Below are positions 1-13,164 of a stretch of 49,317 nt of DNA, one piece after another. The DNA comes from Spirogloea muscicola (Eukaryota). The stretch is from NCBI GenBank assembly GCA_009602725.1, contig WELB01000021.1, positions 626,971 to 676,287 on the forward strand. Direction: 5' to 3'. The translations under genes and the position numbers were made by a program. The notes under the pieces were generated by a model. The model worked only from the letters and a program-made list of their open reading frames with translations. It searched no databases and was not told the DNA's origin. How positions within the stretch are numbered: the stretch's first letter is position 1; each line of letters begins with the position of its first letter.

Positions 1-2083
1 GCCACCGAAGCCGCAACCTGCGCCCAACTCCCCAGGTGTGCTGCCCGGCAGGCACGAGCCAGCGGGCGGCAGCCCAGACCCCCTCGGCTCACAGGCAGGG
101 AGGCCTGGTGCACAGCAGCCGGCGTCTCCAGGAAGGCCGGGTGTTGGACCAGGGCCGCTGTGCAGGCCAGGATACCTGCATCGAAAGTTGCATAGGCGGC
201 CTGCGTCGCCGGGGAGGGGGGGAGGGCTCGAGCCAGGTACAGGGGACGGTGGGCTATGCTGCGCGTCAGCATGGCAAGCCCCAGCTGCATATCGTGCAGC
301 TCAGGGAGGCGGGCCGCCGGCTTTAGGTGCTCCTGCAGCTTGCTGCGCAGCTGCTCGTCCACGAAGGCAGGTGAGCCCAATGGAACCCCGAGGAGTGTGA
401 TGCCCCCGGCAGGTGTCTGACAGCCGGAGGGAAGGCGGAGGAGGGCTGCCAACCCTTGTGGGGACCAGGCGCTACACTTCGACGCTCGGATGTCCAGGCC
501 GATCTCCTTCAGCTGCTCCTCGAGCGTGGCGAAGGCAGCCAAGACCTCGTCTGGTTGCCCGACCAGGGAGGTGTCGTCGGCATACGTGGGCATGAGGACG
601 CCCGGGTGAGCAGCTGCCGTGGCCGTCAGGGCGCGGTCGTGGGCCAGCGCGTAGAAAAACCCCGCCAGCGGGTCACCCTGACGCGTGCCCGTGGAAGACT
701 GAAGGACCTCCATTCCTCCGGCTCCATGCCGCCATAGGAGATCACTGGGCTGGCCGTAGCCCAGCCGAAAGAACGGCAGCAGGGTGGGGAAGGCCGCACG
801 GAGCTCCTCGGCGACTGTGGCGCGGTCGACGCAGTTAAAGGCATTGCGGACGTCCACCGCCAGCACGACCCACTCGGGGTGCAAGTCGAGGGAAGCCCGC
901 ACCCCGTGGACAACCGCCTCGCCGCCGCTCCGCAGGCCTGCGCCGTACTGGTGTGGCGCCAGGTGTGTGGGCCGCATCGGCGTGCTGTTGCCAAAGTGCC
1001 CTACCCACCAGGCGGTACAGGACCTCGCCGATGGCAATGGGGCGGACGCCGCCAGTGACCTTGCTGAGGGCCAGCAGGGTGCTGGCGCAGAGCACACCGC
1101 GGATGCTGGCAGGGACGTGATCCCGGGCCATGTGTTGGCACACCTGGTGCAGCACCCGAAAGTCCGCCTCGTGTCCCTCGAGAAAAAGCTCTCTCAAATG
1201 CTCCGTAACCATGCGCGAGGGGCCACCTGCAGCTGCGCGCCGGCTGCTCTGCAGGGCCTTGCGGAGGGCTGCCGCATCCAGGGCCACTCCCTCCGGCGGG
1301 ACGTAGGAAGCCAACCACGAAGGCAAGGGAGAGCGTGCCGGGGGGTGGAGGGACGAGAGGGCTTGCCGCGTGTCCTCAGTCGCCGGCCAACACCGAATCA
1401 TCCAGTGCCTGGACTGCTCTCGAGAGCTCCCCGTCATGGCCATACCGAAGAGCGCGGCGGACACTGGCCGCCCTGTCAGGCGATGGCACTGTCTGCGAAG
1501 TGCGGCGGCCGGCTGTGGCCGCAGCCACGGCAGCGTCATGCCGCGCCAGAAGCTCCTCCCATCGCCCGCACTCGAAGAGGTAGATGCGGTCCAGGAGCAG
1601 CTGACGGCCTTGGCCGTGGCCCTGGGGGGGTGCACGCCCGAGCAGCAGCCTGGGGAAGAGGATGAACACTTTCCAGGCGGCGGAGTCCCTGTGGTCGTCC
1701 ACAATTCGTTGCAGAACAGGGCGGAGGGCGCGGCGCAGGTGTGGGCGCGCCCACAGCGGCACGCGGCGCAGGAGTGGGAGAGCCTCCTGCCGGTGGACCG
1801 CATCCAGGTCAAGGTCCGCTGCCCATTGCCAGTGGTAGGGACCTGGTGGGATCGGCCCTGGTGGGACACGCCGGCCTTCGCTGCCCCCGCGGCCGCGGCT
1901 GCCCGCTGCGGCCAGGTGGGCCGGGCCGCTCCGGCGTGCCGCCTTCTCAACTCCTGGCCGACAGCGACGTCGGCGCCCGGCAAAGCACGCCTTCCGTCTG
2001 CCTTCTTGTGATGGCCGCCAGCCGCACGGCATCGCCACAAGCTCGCCATGTGGTGTAAATTTCACAGCCAGTGCTGGTAGCAA
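1..2083 (-). mobile_element. CRE/Zepp-clade non-LTR retrotransposon ORF, reverse transcriptase region; two frameshifts (~1385, ~965); runs off the left edge
   Basis: Joining three frames gives ELSRAVQAL, GPSRMVTEHL, KVTGGVRPIAIGEVLYRL, PHQYGAG, VDVRNAFN (D at 852-854), QGDPL (666-680), YADD (573-584), GITLLGVPLGS and QASLPVSRGGLG. These are RT motifs in the order typical of CRE elements. The third frame is stop-free at the segments checked down to position 1 and is missing from the ORF track because it lacks an in-window stop. Confidence 0.93.
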
Positions 2084-4029
2084 TTCCGCGTTCGCCCCCG
2101 TATTGAGTGCACCAGGCCCTGCCGGGTACCCCCGCCGCGGGCGGCTGGTGCCTTGTGCTCAGCCATTGCTGACAATCTGGAAGTGCCAGTCCTTCTGGAC
2201 ACGCTATGCTCCTGCTGCTTGCCCCCTTAGCTTTTCTCTATTACTTCACGAATTTATGTGTGACATTTTGTCGACAGGCTCACGCGGCAAGCCCCCTTGC
2301 TGTGTTGTTGGATGCTTTGCTCGCTCCCCTTGAGAGTTTGTCCTTCACCTGTAGGCCGTCTCTCAAGTCTTGCCCCAGCCCCAGCGGCCCTCCTCATACA
2401 GGACGCACCAAGTCTGCACACCCTCATGCAGCCAATTATTCACCACATTCTCGGCCGAGCCTAGTGCCCAATTTGCATCGTGTCATGCCTGGGCGCAGAG
2501 CGTTGTTGTAGCGTCGGCTGGAGGGCGGTTGGGCGGCACCGAGCAGGGCTAACCCTGGTCGGATATCTCAGGTAGGAAGATGGTAAGGGACCCTCAGCGG
2601 GGGGAACCTACAGAGTGACTCGCTGGGAAGGATGCAACGCGTATGGGCGGCCCGGAGAGCCCCGGGGCACCGGAACCAAGTCCTTGTACCTGCTGCCTTG
2701 AACCCCCCTCGCGGGGTGGGCTCTCGGAGAGCGAACGGCGGAGAGCATGGCGCGCCCTGAGAGAAGTGGGGCTGGCAAAGCCAGCCCAGAAAAGAATGGA
2801 CTTGCGCGGAGAGGCCATCTCTCCGCAAGTCCCGTGGGAGAAAGAGCCTAGCGCCGCCGCCGGCGCCGCCGGCGCCGCAGCCGCCGGCGAGGGTTCGGAG
2901 GGTTTAGGCGCGCGGCGCGCAGGCCAGCACTCCAGGTCAGGGTGTGCGGTGAAAGATCCCCCGGCGGGGGTGACCACGCAGCGGCGCAGGAGGCGCACGC
3001 GGGTGTGAGGGAGGCAAGTTAATTCTACTTGGTGTGGTGACTCTTCTGCCACGTCCTCTGCATGTCTGCTTACTTGGCAGTGAGGCCATGCAGGGCAGGC
3101 TGCTACTAGCCAAGCAGAGTCCTGGCCTGTAGGCGGAGCTTCAGATGTGGCACTTCGACCCGTAGAGAGCGCTATACGGGCAGGCACGACAAGCCTGAAA
3201 AGAGAGATTCTAGAAAGCAAAGGGAATGGGAGTCCATGCGGAAGGCAAGTGCCTGTAGCAAACGCGCCACAGAAGTCAGCGATACTTGGTTACACACGGT
3301 AATTCGTAGGAGCGGTGGTTGAGAGACCAGCCGATGGCGAGTTGGGCCAGACGCCGCTCGCTTCTGCAAGAGCGGGAAGCCATGCTCTCTTGTGATGGTC
3401 GTGCCATCACTTTGAGCACTACCATCATGTCTCGTCCTTTCGCTGGTAGTCACAGGCCCTATCAGTACTGCTAACTTTTACCACCCAGGGTTGGCATGCT
3501 CGTCTCTGTCAAATCCTTTGACTCTTGCTCGGTCAGCTTGATGGTGATCACTACAGATAGTGGCCAGAGCCACTACTTTAAGGGTCTCTTGTGAATAAGC
3601 CTTGCCCTTGGCCACAACTTAAATGCCAGAAAAGGACCACCCATGAATACTGAGAGGCGGCTGATAAGTGGACAGCAGAGTGGTTGTTGCATCCGAACAG
3701 TCTACTCATGACAAAATTCGTTGGCCTCTCTCGTATTGGATATGGTACGGTGTAATAGCGAGTTGGGCTGGAGAACCATCTAATGCACCCTTAAGGGCCA
3801 CGGGAGCACTCGCTGTGAGGGGATGGCCGGGCTCTATTTGCACTTGCAGCGACCGCGCCTGCTCCCATGCCTAGCTATGGCTGCTGCCTACTTGGCGTGC
3901 GGGCTCAGCCTGAGCTGATATAATGTCTGTCTGCCACTCTGAGCGAATCTGCGTCTGTAGTACTGAAAGGGGGCGGTCTGCTAATCCTCTTGAGAGGTTT
4001 GAACAGCCAGCTATATAATTGGCGTAGCA

Positions 4030-4210
4030 AAGACGTGAGAGGCCAGTCGAGAGAAGCAACTGGATGAGTTGCCAACTCGGTGAAAATGGGTCGAAGGGGC
4101 CACAAGGACGGAGGGGCCTGAAACTGCTATGTCAGAACGGGTGGAGGATGGACTACTCAGTAGCTACGATTGAGGAGCCCCAAATCCGACAGCCTAGACT
4201 GCCGGAAAAC
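4030..4210 (-). mobile_element. 5'-truncated 3' end of the CRE-like element (tail plus UTR)
   Basis: Encodes RLSDLGLLNRSY* (stop 4157-4159). The following UTR matches 43862-43905 and 38345-38385. Confidence 0.75.
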
Positions 4211-4816
4211 TAAAGGAGAGGGGCTATTCGCAGGGGGCGAGGGTTGTGAGAACAAGCTCGTTTCGGCTGGGCTCTTACATGCCATCGACAGATACTCCAC
4301 TTCTTCTTGCACAGCAGACAGGGGCGGATTGACACGGATAGAACGATGAAAATCAATCCCCAGACGATAGACGATAAATTCGATGGGGTGGGCAACCGGC
4401 GCGACCGCGCGGCGCCGGGGGAGGGCGGGGCCGCCGCCTCCCCCGCCGTCTCTCCCTCCCTCCGCGGCCCTCTGCGGTTTTACAGCGTGCGTCGCCCAGT
4501 GCCCCGCCACCTCCCTCCTGCCCTCCCCCTCCCCTGCCACATTTTGCCGCCCCAACTTCTTCCTCGGCGGGGGCCCCCGGCACGATAAGGTGTCCGCCAC
4601 CCCTGCCCCTGCCCCTGCACCTGCGCCGCCGCTTTGTGCATATGTACGTTCCTCTGTGGTTGGCTTCTCACGGCCAGTATGAGGCAGTACAAGGCAATGG
4701 GCGCACCGCTGGGTGCTTGCGAATGCAGTTTCGAGCGGTGCTCGGACGAAAAGACGCTTCCAGGAGAGGGCGGTGGCAGTGAGAGGCCAGCTCAGAAGAA
4801 AGAATGAATGAAGGAC

Positions 4817-4940
4817 GGCAGCGTTTTGTTGCGCCCCATCCCGTCGGTAGCTCGTCCCCGCCTATTTGACCTGGCTTAACACGCCACTGTCTGAGGCTTA
4901 GTCATCTTCCCAGATGTGAACAGACTCGAGGCTGCGGTCC
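4817..4940. repeat. ~125-bp dispersed repeat, copy 1 (copy 2 at 13475-13600)
   Basis: Shared blocks ggcagcg..tgcgccccatccc.tcggt, ttgacctggctt, actgtctgaggct, gtgaacag.ctcgagg and ggtccc occur in the same order in both copies. Confidence 0.8.
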
Positions 4941-5109
4941 CAACCGTATTGTGATGGGCAAGAGGCGGACAGGGTACCCCGTAGCGTGTAACTCCCGTCC
5001 GGTTCCCGGTATATATGGTCGTCGACCATTTCATCGTCCGCTAATCGCTAACTACTCATTGTCGGTTAGGCCGATCCGGCACACTACACCCCCTTTGATT
5101 GACAGTTGA

Positions 5110-5975
5110 TGAAGGGCTCGCCCATTGAGGATAGGGGCTGGAAAAGCCAGCCGAATGAACAAAGGACGAGAAGGGGCCAGGGGAAGTACGAAGAGTTGTC
5201 CTCCGCGTCTCCAGCGTCCACCGCGGCGTTGAGGGGCGCATCCTCAGGCTCCAGGTCGTGGGGGGGCGAGACCTTAGTAGGAAACTGGCTCTCCCTAAGG
5301 GGGGCAAGGGCTGTGAACAGCCAGCCCGAAAAGGCAACAGCGCTTCCAACTTGACAGCAGTGGCTGTGAGAAAGGCTCGCCCATTGAGGATAGGGGCTGG
5401 AAAATGCCAGCCCAGAAAAGAGTGAACAAAGGACGAGAAGGGGCCAGGGGAAGTACGAAGAACAACAAGCACTAAAGAGGAACGAAGCAGCTACGAAGCA
5501 CTCAGTAATCCCTGCTAAGCAGCCTCAGGTCAGAGAGACTGGGTTCCTGGAAGCGGGTCCCCTGGCCAGAGCCAGAGGCAGCAGCGAGGGCTCTGCCTGC
5601 ACGCAGGTGCAGCGCGCGGGCCATAGACCTTGCTGTGAGAGGCCAGCTCAAAGGAATGGACATGGTCGGAAAGGGCCGGATGGCGCAAGAAGCAAGATAC
5701 TGATCGCTAAGATGTCAGCAAGTGGGCTCTCAGTAACCTCTAGTCAGTAAATGGAGGTCGGAATAGCTAAAGGGCGGAAAGACTTCGTTCGCCCTGACGG
5801 AACCCGGAGGCAGCAGCCAAGGCGCGGCCTGCACGCAAGTGGACGGCGAAGGCAAGGGACCTCTACAGGGAGATGGCCAGGCGCATCCTGAACACTTGAG
5901 CAAGCGACCCAGCGGAAGTGAAGCCGGGCTGCCGCTCTCTGCCCTTGGCGGCGGGCCACTGCACGAAAAGAACTG
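5110..5975 (-). mobile_element. Nested cluster of CRE-like 3' ends
   Basis: Tail 5730-5975 (VFRMRLAISL..SYSDLHLLTRGY*) has its UTR interrupted by a second copy at 5372-5631 (stop 5502-5504), flanked by gctgtgaga at 5363-5371 and 5632-5640. Further UTR copies lie at 5110-5335. Confidence 0.88.
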
Positions 5976-6099
5976 ACAAGGTGTTGGGGGGTCCACGCGC
6001 CAGCCAGGCTGCGTTCCGGTCCTGCCTCCCGCTTTCGAGGCTGTCGCTCGCCTGGGCCGTCTGGTCAGGCCGCTCTCCCGCCGGAATTCTCCGCCGTTG

Positions 6100-6950
6100 G
6101 GGATCAGCGCCCCTCAGGAGCCTTTCTTTCAGATACATTCGCGGCTCTTGCGGTAGACGTGCACGGGGCCAGCAGCCTTCACAACCGTCGGCAATACTGC
6201 ATTGGCAAACCCTCAGTGCTGCAAGGTGCTGCGGCCATCCTCTCACGCGTGATGTCTGATCCAGCAGACGAGCCGGCCTGCACAACGTACCTGCTCTCTC
6301 CTAAGCTTGTTCCTGGCCCTCTGTCCTCCTATGGTGGGGACGGCCGCAGCTGCCTCCTGGACAGGCTGGCTCGTTTAGCAAGCGGCAGTAAGAGTGACCT
6401 GGCCCACCAGCGTGCAGCATCCGCTTTGGGCTGGTCGGGCCGTGCTCTCAATACGATTTTGCACGTGGCAACGCAGTCAACCAGCCAATCTGCGCAGGTC
6501 CTCATCTCTACAACCTATTTGAAAGCATTGCCAGCCCTGGCTATGCTCATTATGAGGACGTCTTTCTGGTCGAGACGGCCTTGCCGGCAGCATCTCTTGC
6601 TCTTGGGCAGCCATGTGTCACAATGCCTGCAGCGAGCTCAGGCCAGGTGCTCTTCACTAGGAAGCTGTGTAAGCTTTACTTGGTATCAAGGCCGCCTGTG
6701 AACCGGCGTATGGTATTCAGGCATTGCTTAGCAGCCACTATGGGCTGACCCGCAGCGTGAGTCGGCATTGCTTAGCAGCAGGCGGCCTACATCTCTAGAT
6801 GTACTTTACTGTGTACATGGCCGCTTCTTCCCTCTATCATTGGTACACGCTGTCCTCCTCCCCAGCACCACTGGGCTTGGGCTGACAAGATGGACATTTC
6901 AGCAGCTTTGTAGGGGCCTGGAATACTCCTCGATGTGGGAGTTGGATCGT
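6100..6950 (+). mobile_element. Decayed, internally deleted CRE-like ORF remnant
   Basis: TYLLSPKLVPGPLSSYGGDGRSCLLDRLARLASG aligns to VFILFPRLLLGRAPPQGHGQGRQLLLDRIYLFECG of the 1-2083 element. GLTRSVS and LLPSTTGLGL downstream resemble MLTRSIA and LPVSRGGLG. Confidence 0.6.
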
Positions 6951-7529
6951 CAGCCAGGCGCCGGGTTAGGAAAAGGAGGAGACCCACCGATTCAGGCTTG
7001 GTCAAGGTGTGTAGCCCGTTTTTGTGCTTTGCAAAGTCGAAGGAGACGGCGGGGGTAGCTGAGGTGGCAGGTCCAATACCAGATTGCTTTACCCCACTAA
7101 ACGCTAAGTGCGCTGCTTTTATCTCACCATGAGTTGTGTTCCACTATGGGCACAGCATAGGGGAACAAAGTCACACCGTGTGACACACCAAATACCACAT
7201 TATTCAAGCGCGGTGCCTGCTCTCTCAACTACTCGTATTTCTGGTTTGCATCTCTTTCACTTGCTTTGGTCTTGCTTGTACTCGCTTGATTCTGGTCTTT
7301 TAACTGTCTGGCTATCTCTTCTACTTTCATCAATATATATCGCTCTTGATGTTTCTTCTGACATGGATTCTTCTTCTGGCAAAGCCATCACTCGTCAATC
7401 TGACAATACAGAAAGCAAAGACTCCTGCAGCACAGCCTTCAGTAGGCGTGGTCACATATGCGCTATTCTCTGCAGTGAAGGTAACAAAGAAGCACTTTCC
7501 ACAATGAGGCGGCCGTGACGCGTTATCCC

Positions 7530-9290
7530 TGTCCTCATGGCAAGGCCCTTGCTGGGCTTCTTTCCTACGGAGGCGCAGCCTGTCTGCCAGCAGCTTCTGT
7601 ACTGCCTGCCGCTTCTTAAGTCGAGGTTGCTGAGGGAGCTCCTGGGCTTTTGGCGGATCAGGAGGCTGCACTGCACCCTCCTCCACCCTGATTGCAACTT
7701 GCATCTGGGGCCTCGGCAGCCCCCCAACAGCAGCCTTGCTCAAGCATGCCCTCCGCTTTGCCAATGCAAACGAAACCCTGCATGCCATGCAGGCCCTCGA
7801 GCCCTCCTCTCCTGCTCTGGCAGATGACACGGCGGTGCTGGCAGTGCAGGAGCTCCACCCGCTGCCACCTGCCGACACAGGGCCCATTGGCCCTTTGCTG
7901 GCCTCTAATACCTCCTCGATGGAGGATGACCTGGACACTGCAATTCTTACACGGGCAGCATTGCAGCTTAGCGCAGCTGTAGGGGTCCTTCAGGCATGCT
8001 TCTGGAGCACCTGAACAAGTTGAAGCTGGGGGGCGATGCAGCAGACTTTGTGCATGTCTGCCAACACATTGTAAGTGGGCCTCAGCTCCTCCGCAGGCTC
8101 TGTGTGCTTCTTACCAGCCTCCTGAAAACTCTAAAGGGAGGGGGGAATGGCAGCCCCTCAGTATGCGCGGGGTTTAAATTACTGGATGTGTCTTCTTTGG
8201 TGTCTACCTAAATCCACTCCAAGTCCTGTGTACTTGGCACTGGCCTGTACTGCAGCGGCAAGGCTACTACGTTCAGCACACGAGGTGCATTGGAAGCACA
8301 CCGCAATCTCCAGGTGCTATTTGGCAAAATAGGAGATGCTTCCAACACCATCCAGTGCTGCATAGGGTAGGAGCTCAGTGATGCCTTTTCCAACCTTGTC
8401 TGAATCCTCTTAGCTATGTAGGGCAAGATTAGTACGCTTTGGTGGTTGCATTGACATAATGCATCGCGCTGTTAACCACAGGCACACGGATCCCTGTGTT
8501 GACTTCCGGCGTCATTTCGGTGGACCTCTGCATCCTCTTCCTGTCTGCCGCTACCCATCCTTGCGTCCTCCTCTTGGCAATTGCCACTAATGTCTCCTTT
8601 GTTGCCCCCCACCCACCTTGTCCTCACAGCCTATGGCACCTTGCTCTAGGGGTTGGCACTCTGGGCCTCACATGAGACCCTCCGAGTACTTCTCGTGGTT
8701 TAGCATGGGGCTTGCTAGCCTGCCTCCTGCTACCCGAGTAGTGCCAGTCCCTGCACCAGGTCACCATCCTCGTCGGACGCTGGACGCCCGTGTGCTTGTG
8801 CAGGCCAAGGTCAAGGAGCATCTCCAGTACCACCTATGTCAACGGGCTCGGCTATCAGGCCTCCAGGGCTTGCAGAAGCCTTCCCAGGCTGCATCAATCA
8901 ACGCCTGACATTCATAACTTGATTTACTCTCTCGGGGTCTTTCCCCTTACGATGACCTCAGGGATGTCAATTCTGGCTTCATAAGAAGGTCCAATCGATG
9001 GTTGACCGAGAACTTGTTTGTGGATCTTCCTAGTCTAAGCTTCGACTAGACCTACCTTGCTGCAGTCCACGACGAGCTAATGGCTTGTGCAACACCCAAG
9101 GCTTTCCACCTCACAGCCTCCTACTATCTGCAACTTCCTCCCCAGCAGCCTCGGGCGGGCTTGGATTGACGCTGTCAGGACCAGGCTTGCAGGCCAGTCT
9201 ACCTTGCAGCTGGGCAGCTTCTGCGGCCCCAGTCTCATCTGGATTGTCCGAGCCATGGCTGGCACATCATTGAGGCACTCGTGAATGACA
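7530..9290 (+). mobile_element. Decayed CRE-like RT ORF (many stops and frameshifts)
   Basis: ALRFANANETLHAMQALEPSSPALADDTAVLAVQELHP resembles ALRYGHDGELSRAVQALDDSVLAPATEDTRQALSSLHP. GPSGMLLEHLNKLKLGGDAADFVHVCQHI resembles GPSRMVTEHLRELFLEGHEADFRVLHQVCQHM. VQAKVKEHL resembles LRSKLQEHL. Confidence 0.8.
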
Positions 9291-10499
9291 TCCGCTGATC
9301 ACATCTGCTTCATGTTGACCTGCCCACCACCAGCTCTTCCGAGCCCGAACTGAGCTGCTACAGATACTTTCACAACAACAGTGTGCACGTGGATGGAGGA
9401 ACGCAGCAGCATAATCTCAAAGAGAGATCAGGCAGCTTTCAACTAGTAGCCAAATGCCGTGGTGTTTGACAACTGGAGTCAAACTAAGTCCCACTTGGTT
9501 TTCCTCTTCTTGCACCGGCATTTCCATCCTGCCACTCTTGGACGCCACGCCCTGCTTGTAGCAGGAACTGCTTACTGACTGATTGTTGCTGCTGCGCCTG
9601 GGCCCTCCTTGAAGCAACATGGCAGTGTTATGCAGTTTCCAGTAGGCAGATGCGGTCTTGATCCTGGTGCACATGGTTTGTGTGGCTGGAAGTAGTCTAA
9701 TGGCCGTCATGACTTGTGTGAGACAGCATCTTCGGGGGATTCTCTGAGTATCACTGAGGGGTTGTTAGATTATAGTGCCAATACACAGGTGCGTGCAGAC
9801 AACCTCCAGCGTGCAGACGACGGGAGGGTTTGTTGGGGTACTACTTGGTGGTGACCTTCGCCTCTTGCTTTCTTTGGAAAATCACCAAGTGGCGAATGTA
9901 TCTGTGCCACTGTGTCTGCACCAGAAGAGGGCTGAGCAGTCTGTGCTGCAAATATAGAAGGCAGCTCAGTATGCCCAATACCGCCCCCCTTCGCTGCTAG
10001 ATACACTCTTCAGCAATGAGCCTCATGAGCCTCATTGTTCATCATGAAAGTGCTGGCTTGCCCTTAGGCTCGCATTGAGCTGCAGGTCACGTTTGTGGCC
10101 AGCACAACAAGTGTTTGAGTTTGTACACCCCTCCCTGAAACAGTCCGGTCTTGAGGTACTTGTCCTGCTCCTCACAGCACTTGCAGGCTATGCCCTTGCA
10201 TTTACACGCTCTGTGGGCATTGGCTGCCACGTCTGTGATTGGCTTGACAGATGTGTGGCTCCGGAACTACGATCTTTTGAACTGCATCCAGCTCCCCTTA
10301 TCGTTATCAGAAGTGAGGGACATTATGCAGCCCTTTGCCTTTGCACTCGTTCTCGCCTCAACATGCCCGTCAGCTCCACAAGCCACGAGCTTCTGGGGAA
10401 AGACCTGGTGGATTGAAGAGATGGGGACGTCTTTTGCAGCTCGTCCCTGCCAGTTGCCCTTCGTATCCTTTTACCCACCACTAAGACTATGTAAGCAGC

Positions 10500-12968
10500 T
10501 CCAAATCTGCATCGCGTATTAGGTGAGCTTGAGAGCTCCACGGTAACACATAGCTGTGAATGGCCACCTTGCAAAAGAGGAGCGTGGAAGCGTGACGACA
10601 AGACAATATGAGCTCCTGATGTTTGTGGCAAGGGCCAGGCATATGCAGAAGAGGGTCCTGTTGAAAGGAGTACTGGCATGTGTGCAAAACTGACAGGCTA
10701 ATGAGAACGGGCACAGTATTTTGGATAGCTGCCAGGTGGCCCTCTCAGAAGAGTCTGTCGAGCAGCAAGCTAGAAGAGTGGTGGTGACACTGATGGTGAC
10801 GGTGGCAGCATGACCGTCACAAGAGTCTGGCCAAGCACTCAAATCAATGGCTAGGGTCATCCAAAAGCACCATTGATGTAAAATGGGCAGTCCGGCTTCT
10901 GCTAGCTAAGTAGCGATACATGAAAGCACATAGGTGGACCGCAAGGACACAGCATGCAGTGTAGGCGGTCTCTCCCTGGAGACAGGAGTGACTGCAGCAG
11001 CAGAACAAGTGCTGACGGTGCATTTGCGATACTTTATTTGCAGGCGTCCAAGGCTTGAGTGTACTCTGCACTTGACAATTGGTCTCAGTCGCGATGTTGA
11101 GCCCCTTTTGCTGGCATTCGGATGAATCATCCAAAAGAAAACGAAGATCACACTCCATTGCTTAATCATGTTGGCCTCCACCAAGCTAGCTTTACTGGCA
11201 TGCAAGGGGATCCAAGCACATACGTGCTCAAGCGAGTAGCAGTCTAGCTCCAACTACCAAGGATGAGACGATTGTTGGCACCGTGACAAGCACATTCTTG
11301 CATACCAGTTGCCCACCCTCTACGTGGCACATTTGAAGCTACCTGTGTGTGGAACTTTGTAGAACTGCGATATGATGCCAAATCATCACCTGTAACAAGC
11401 AGGTACGCTTCCGTGCACTTGCAGAACACTTGCGAACAATGACCTGTATATTGTGAAGGTGATACTGATGAAAGACTCATGTGAATCAGTAGGGTCCAGC
11501 CCGACGACTTAGCAGGTCAGATCTCAGGACGGTGCCAGTGCAGGCAGAGTATCTGTTATCCTGACCAGCGTCAGCATTGAGGTCCTTCATGTGTTGCTAG
11601 TAGAAGACCAAGCCAGGAAATGAAGCTAGTGAAGCTCAAGCTTCACTAACGACCTCAACGTCCTCTCTACATAAATACGTCCTTTGAGGAGGGACGAAGT
11701 ACCACCTTCATATGTTATGTAAAGTAACATCCTTAGTAATCAGTGATTTTTATGGATGTGACAAAGCAGCACTGTACGATATTCGCGTGCTCATGGTCAC
11801 CGGTTTTGCAGATCTTTCCAGTCAAGCACAAGGTTGTCCAGTGACATGTTTAGGCAGTTCGCACAGGCAAAAGGCAGGTCGTCCATGCGATATCCACACC
11901 ATAAGACAGCTGTTGCCTGCCAAGGCACAAGCCCTTCTTTAGTGGTCAGAAGCCCAATCCTGTGTGATATGAAGAGAAAGTATCATTGGACTCGAGAGCT
12001 CACTGACAGCGGTGAATCCTCTCTTTGATCACAAAGCGTCCGAAACCTTGGATTGCTAGCTTTACCTCAGGCAAAGCACTGAATCTTGAATAGAGATTCC
12101 AGCATCCAAGAGCTAGTAGCATTCCTGTGAAGGCCACAAGGACACCGGCTGCAATGTGGACGGTACCCATCCCGGATATGGGTGGGGGGCCCCATGCAGG
12201 CGTCCAAAGCTTTCAATCCGGGGCTCTTGAAAATCGGTTCCAGCTGTAACACTGTGTCCCTTCTTCATGTTCCTGAAGCTGTTAGCAACGCATTCATGGT
12301 GGAATCATGGTCACAATTCAATATCTGACCGTGGTGGCCTCCACAGATCCACCTATCCAAATCCATATATGCACAGACGTGCTCAAGGTTTTGCATGCTG
12401 GCTCTAACCTCCCGAAAGGAGATGTTCGCCGGCGCCGTGACGAGCACATCCCGGGCGCTGTGAGGCGCTGGTAGAATCAATATGATGGTTGAGCTGCAAT
12501 GCGGGGTAAGAGCTTCAGAGAGACATTGACGAGAACGGGATATGGTGCAGCATGAAGTTGCAAAATTTAGGGCACGTTGTGCGTAAGTCTACCGGCTCGT
12601 GGAGGAGGCGACGGCCGCCGTCCTCGGCGGCAGGGAAGGGGCCGCTGCGAGGGACTCGCATGCCTAGAGAGAGGCGCCACAATACGGGGGTTGGCGGCAG
12701 GGAACGGTGGACTGGGCGCGGAGACTGAGGCAGCTCTTGGGAGGGGGGGTGCACTGAGCGCCGGCTTGGAGCATCCAAGGCACGGACGAGCTCAGGAGAG
12801 TCGCAGTCTGCCTCTGACCGTCCATAAAATGGTGGTTGACCAAAGCGCGGAGAGAGCAGCCGTGGCTGTGAACGGCACCGGCAGGGGCGCCGCACGCTCG
12901 GCCATGGCGGTGCTGCTGCGAGATGACGCCGGGGCGAGCTTGAGCGCGAGAAGCCGGAGGCGCAGCAT
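10500..12968 (-). pseudogene. Multi-exon gene of unknown family, paralog A, apparently frameshifted; 3' limit uncertain
   Basis: ATG at 12968 (MLRLRLLALKLAPASSRSSTAMA). AG/GT-bounded exon 11916-11801 encodes ATAVLWCGYRMDDLPFACANCLNMSLDNLVLDWKDLQN. Homologous to paralog B. Confidence 0.5.
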
Positions 12969-13164
12969 GGAACTAATCAATATGTGGCCCGAAAGGCAAA
13001 TTGCGCGTCGGCTTACCGGCTCGTAATGGAGGCGAGAGCAGCCGAGCTGGGCTGCGAGCCGGCGGCGGCAACGGCGGCGCCGCGGCGCGGGTGCGGCTGC
13101 TCGGCGGCGGCTGCGGCGGAGGGTGGTATCGGGAGTGCAGACTGTTAACGCTGAGAAATGTTTG

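Noticed and set aside
784..2058. Plus-strand ORFs of 100-290 aa
   Set aside because: Antisense shadows of the GC-rich RT ORF, with no recognisable motifs.
2568..3010. 5' zinc-finger region of the CRE element
   Set aside because: GC-rich with scattered Cys/His, but no clean motif and no continuous frame to 2083.
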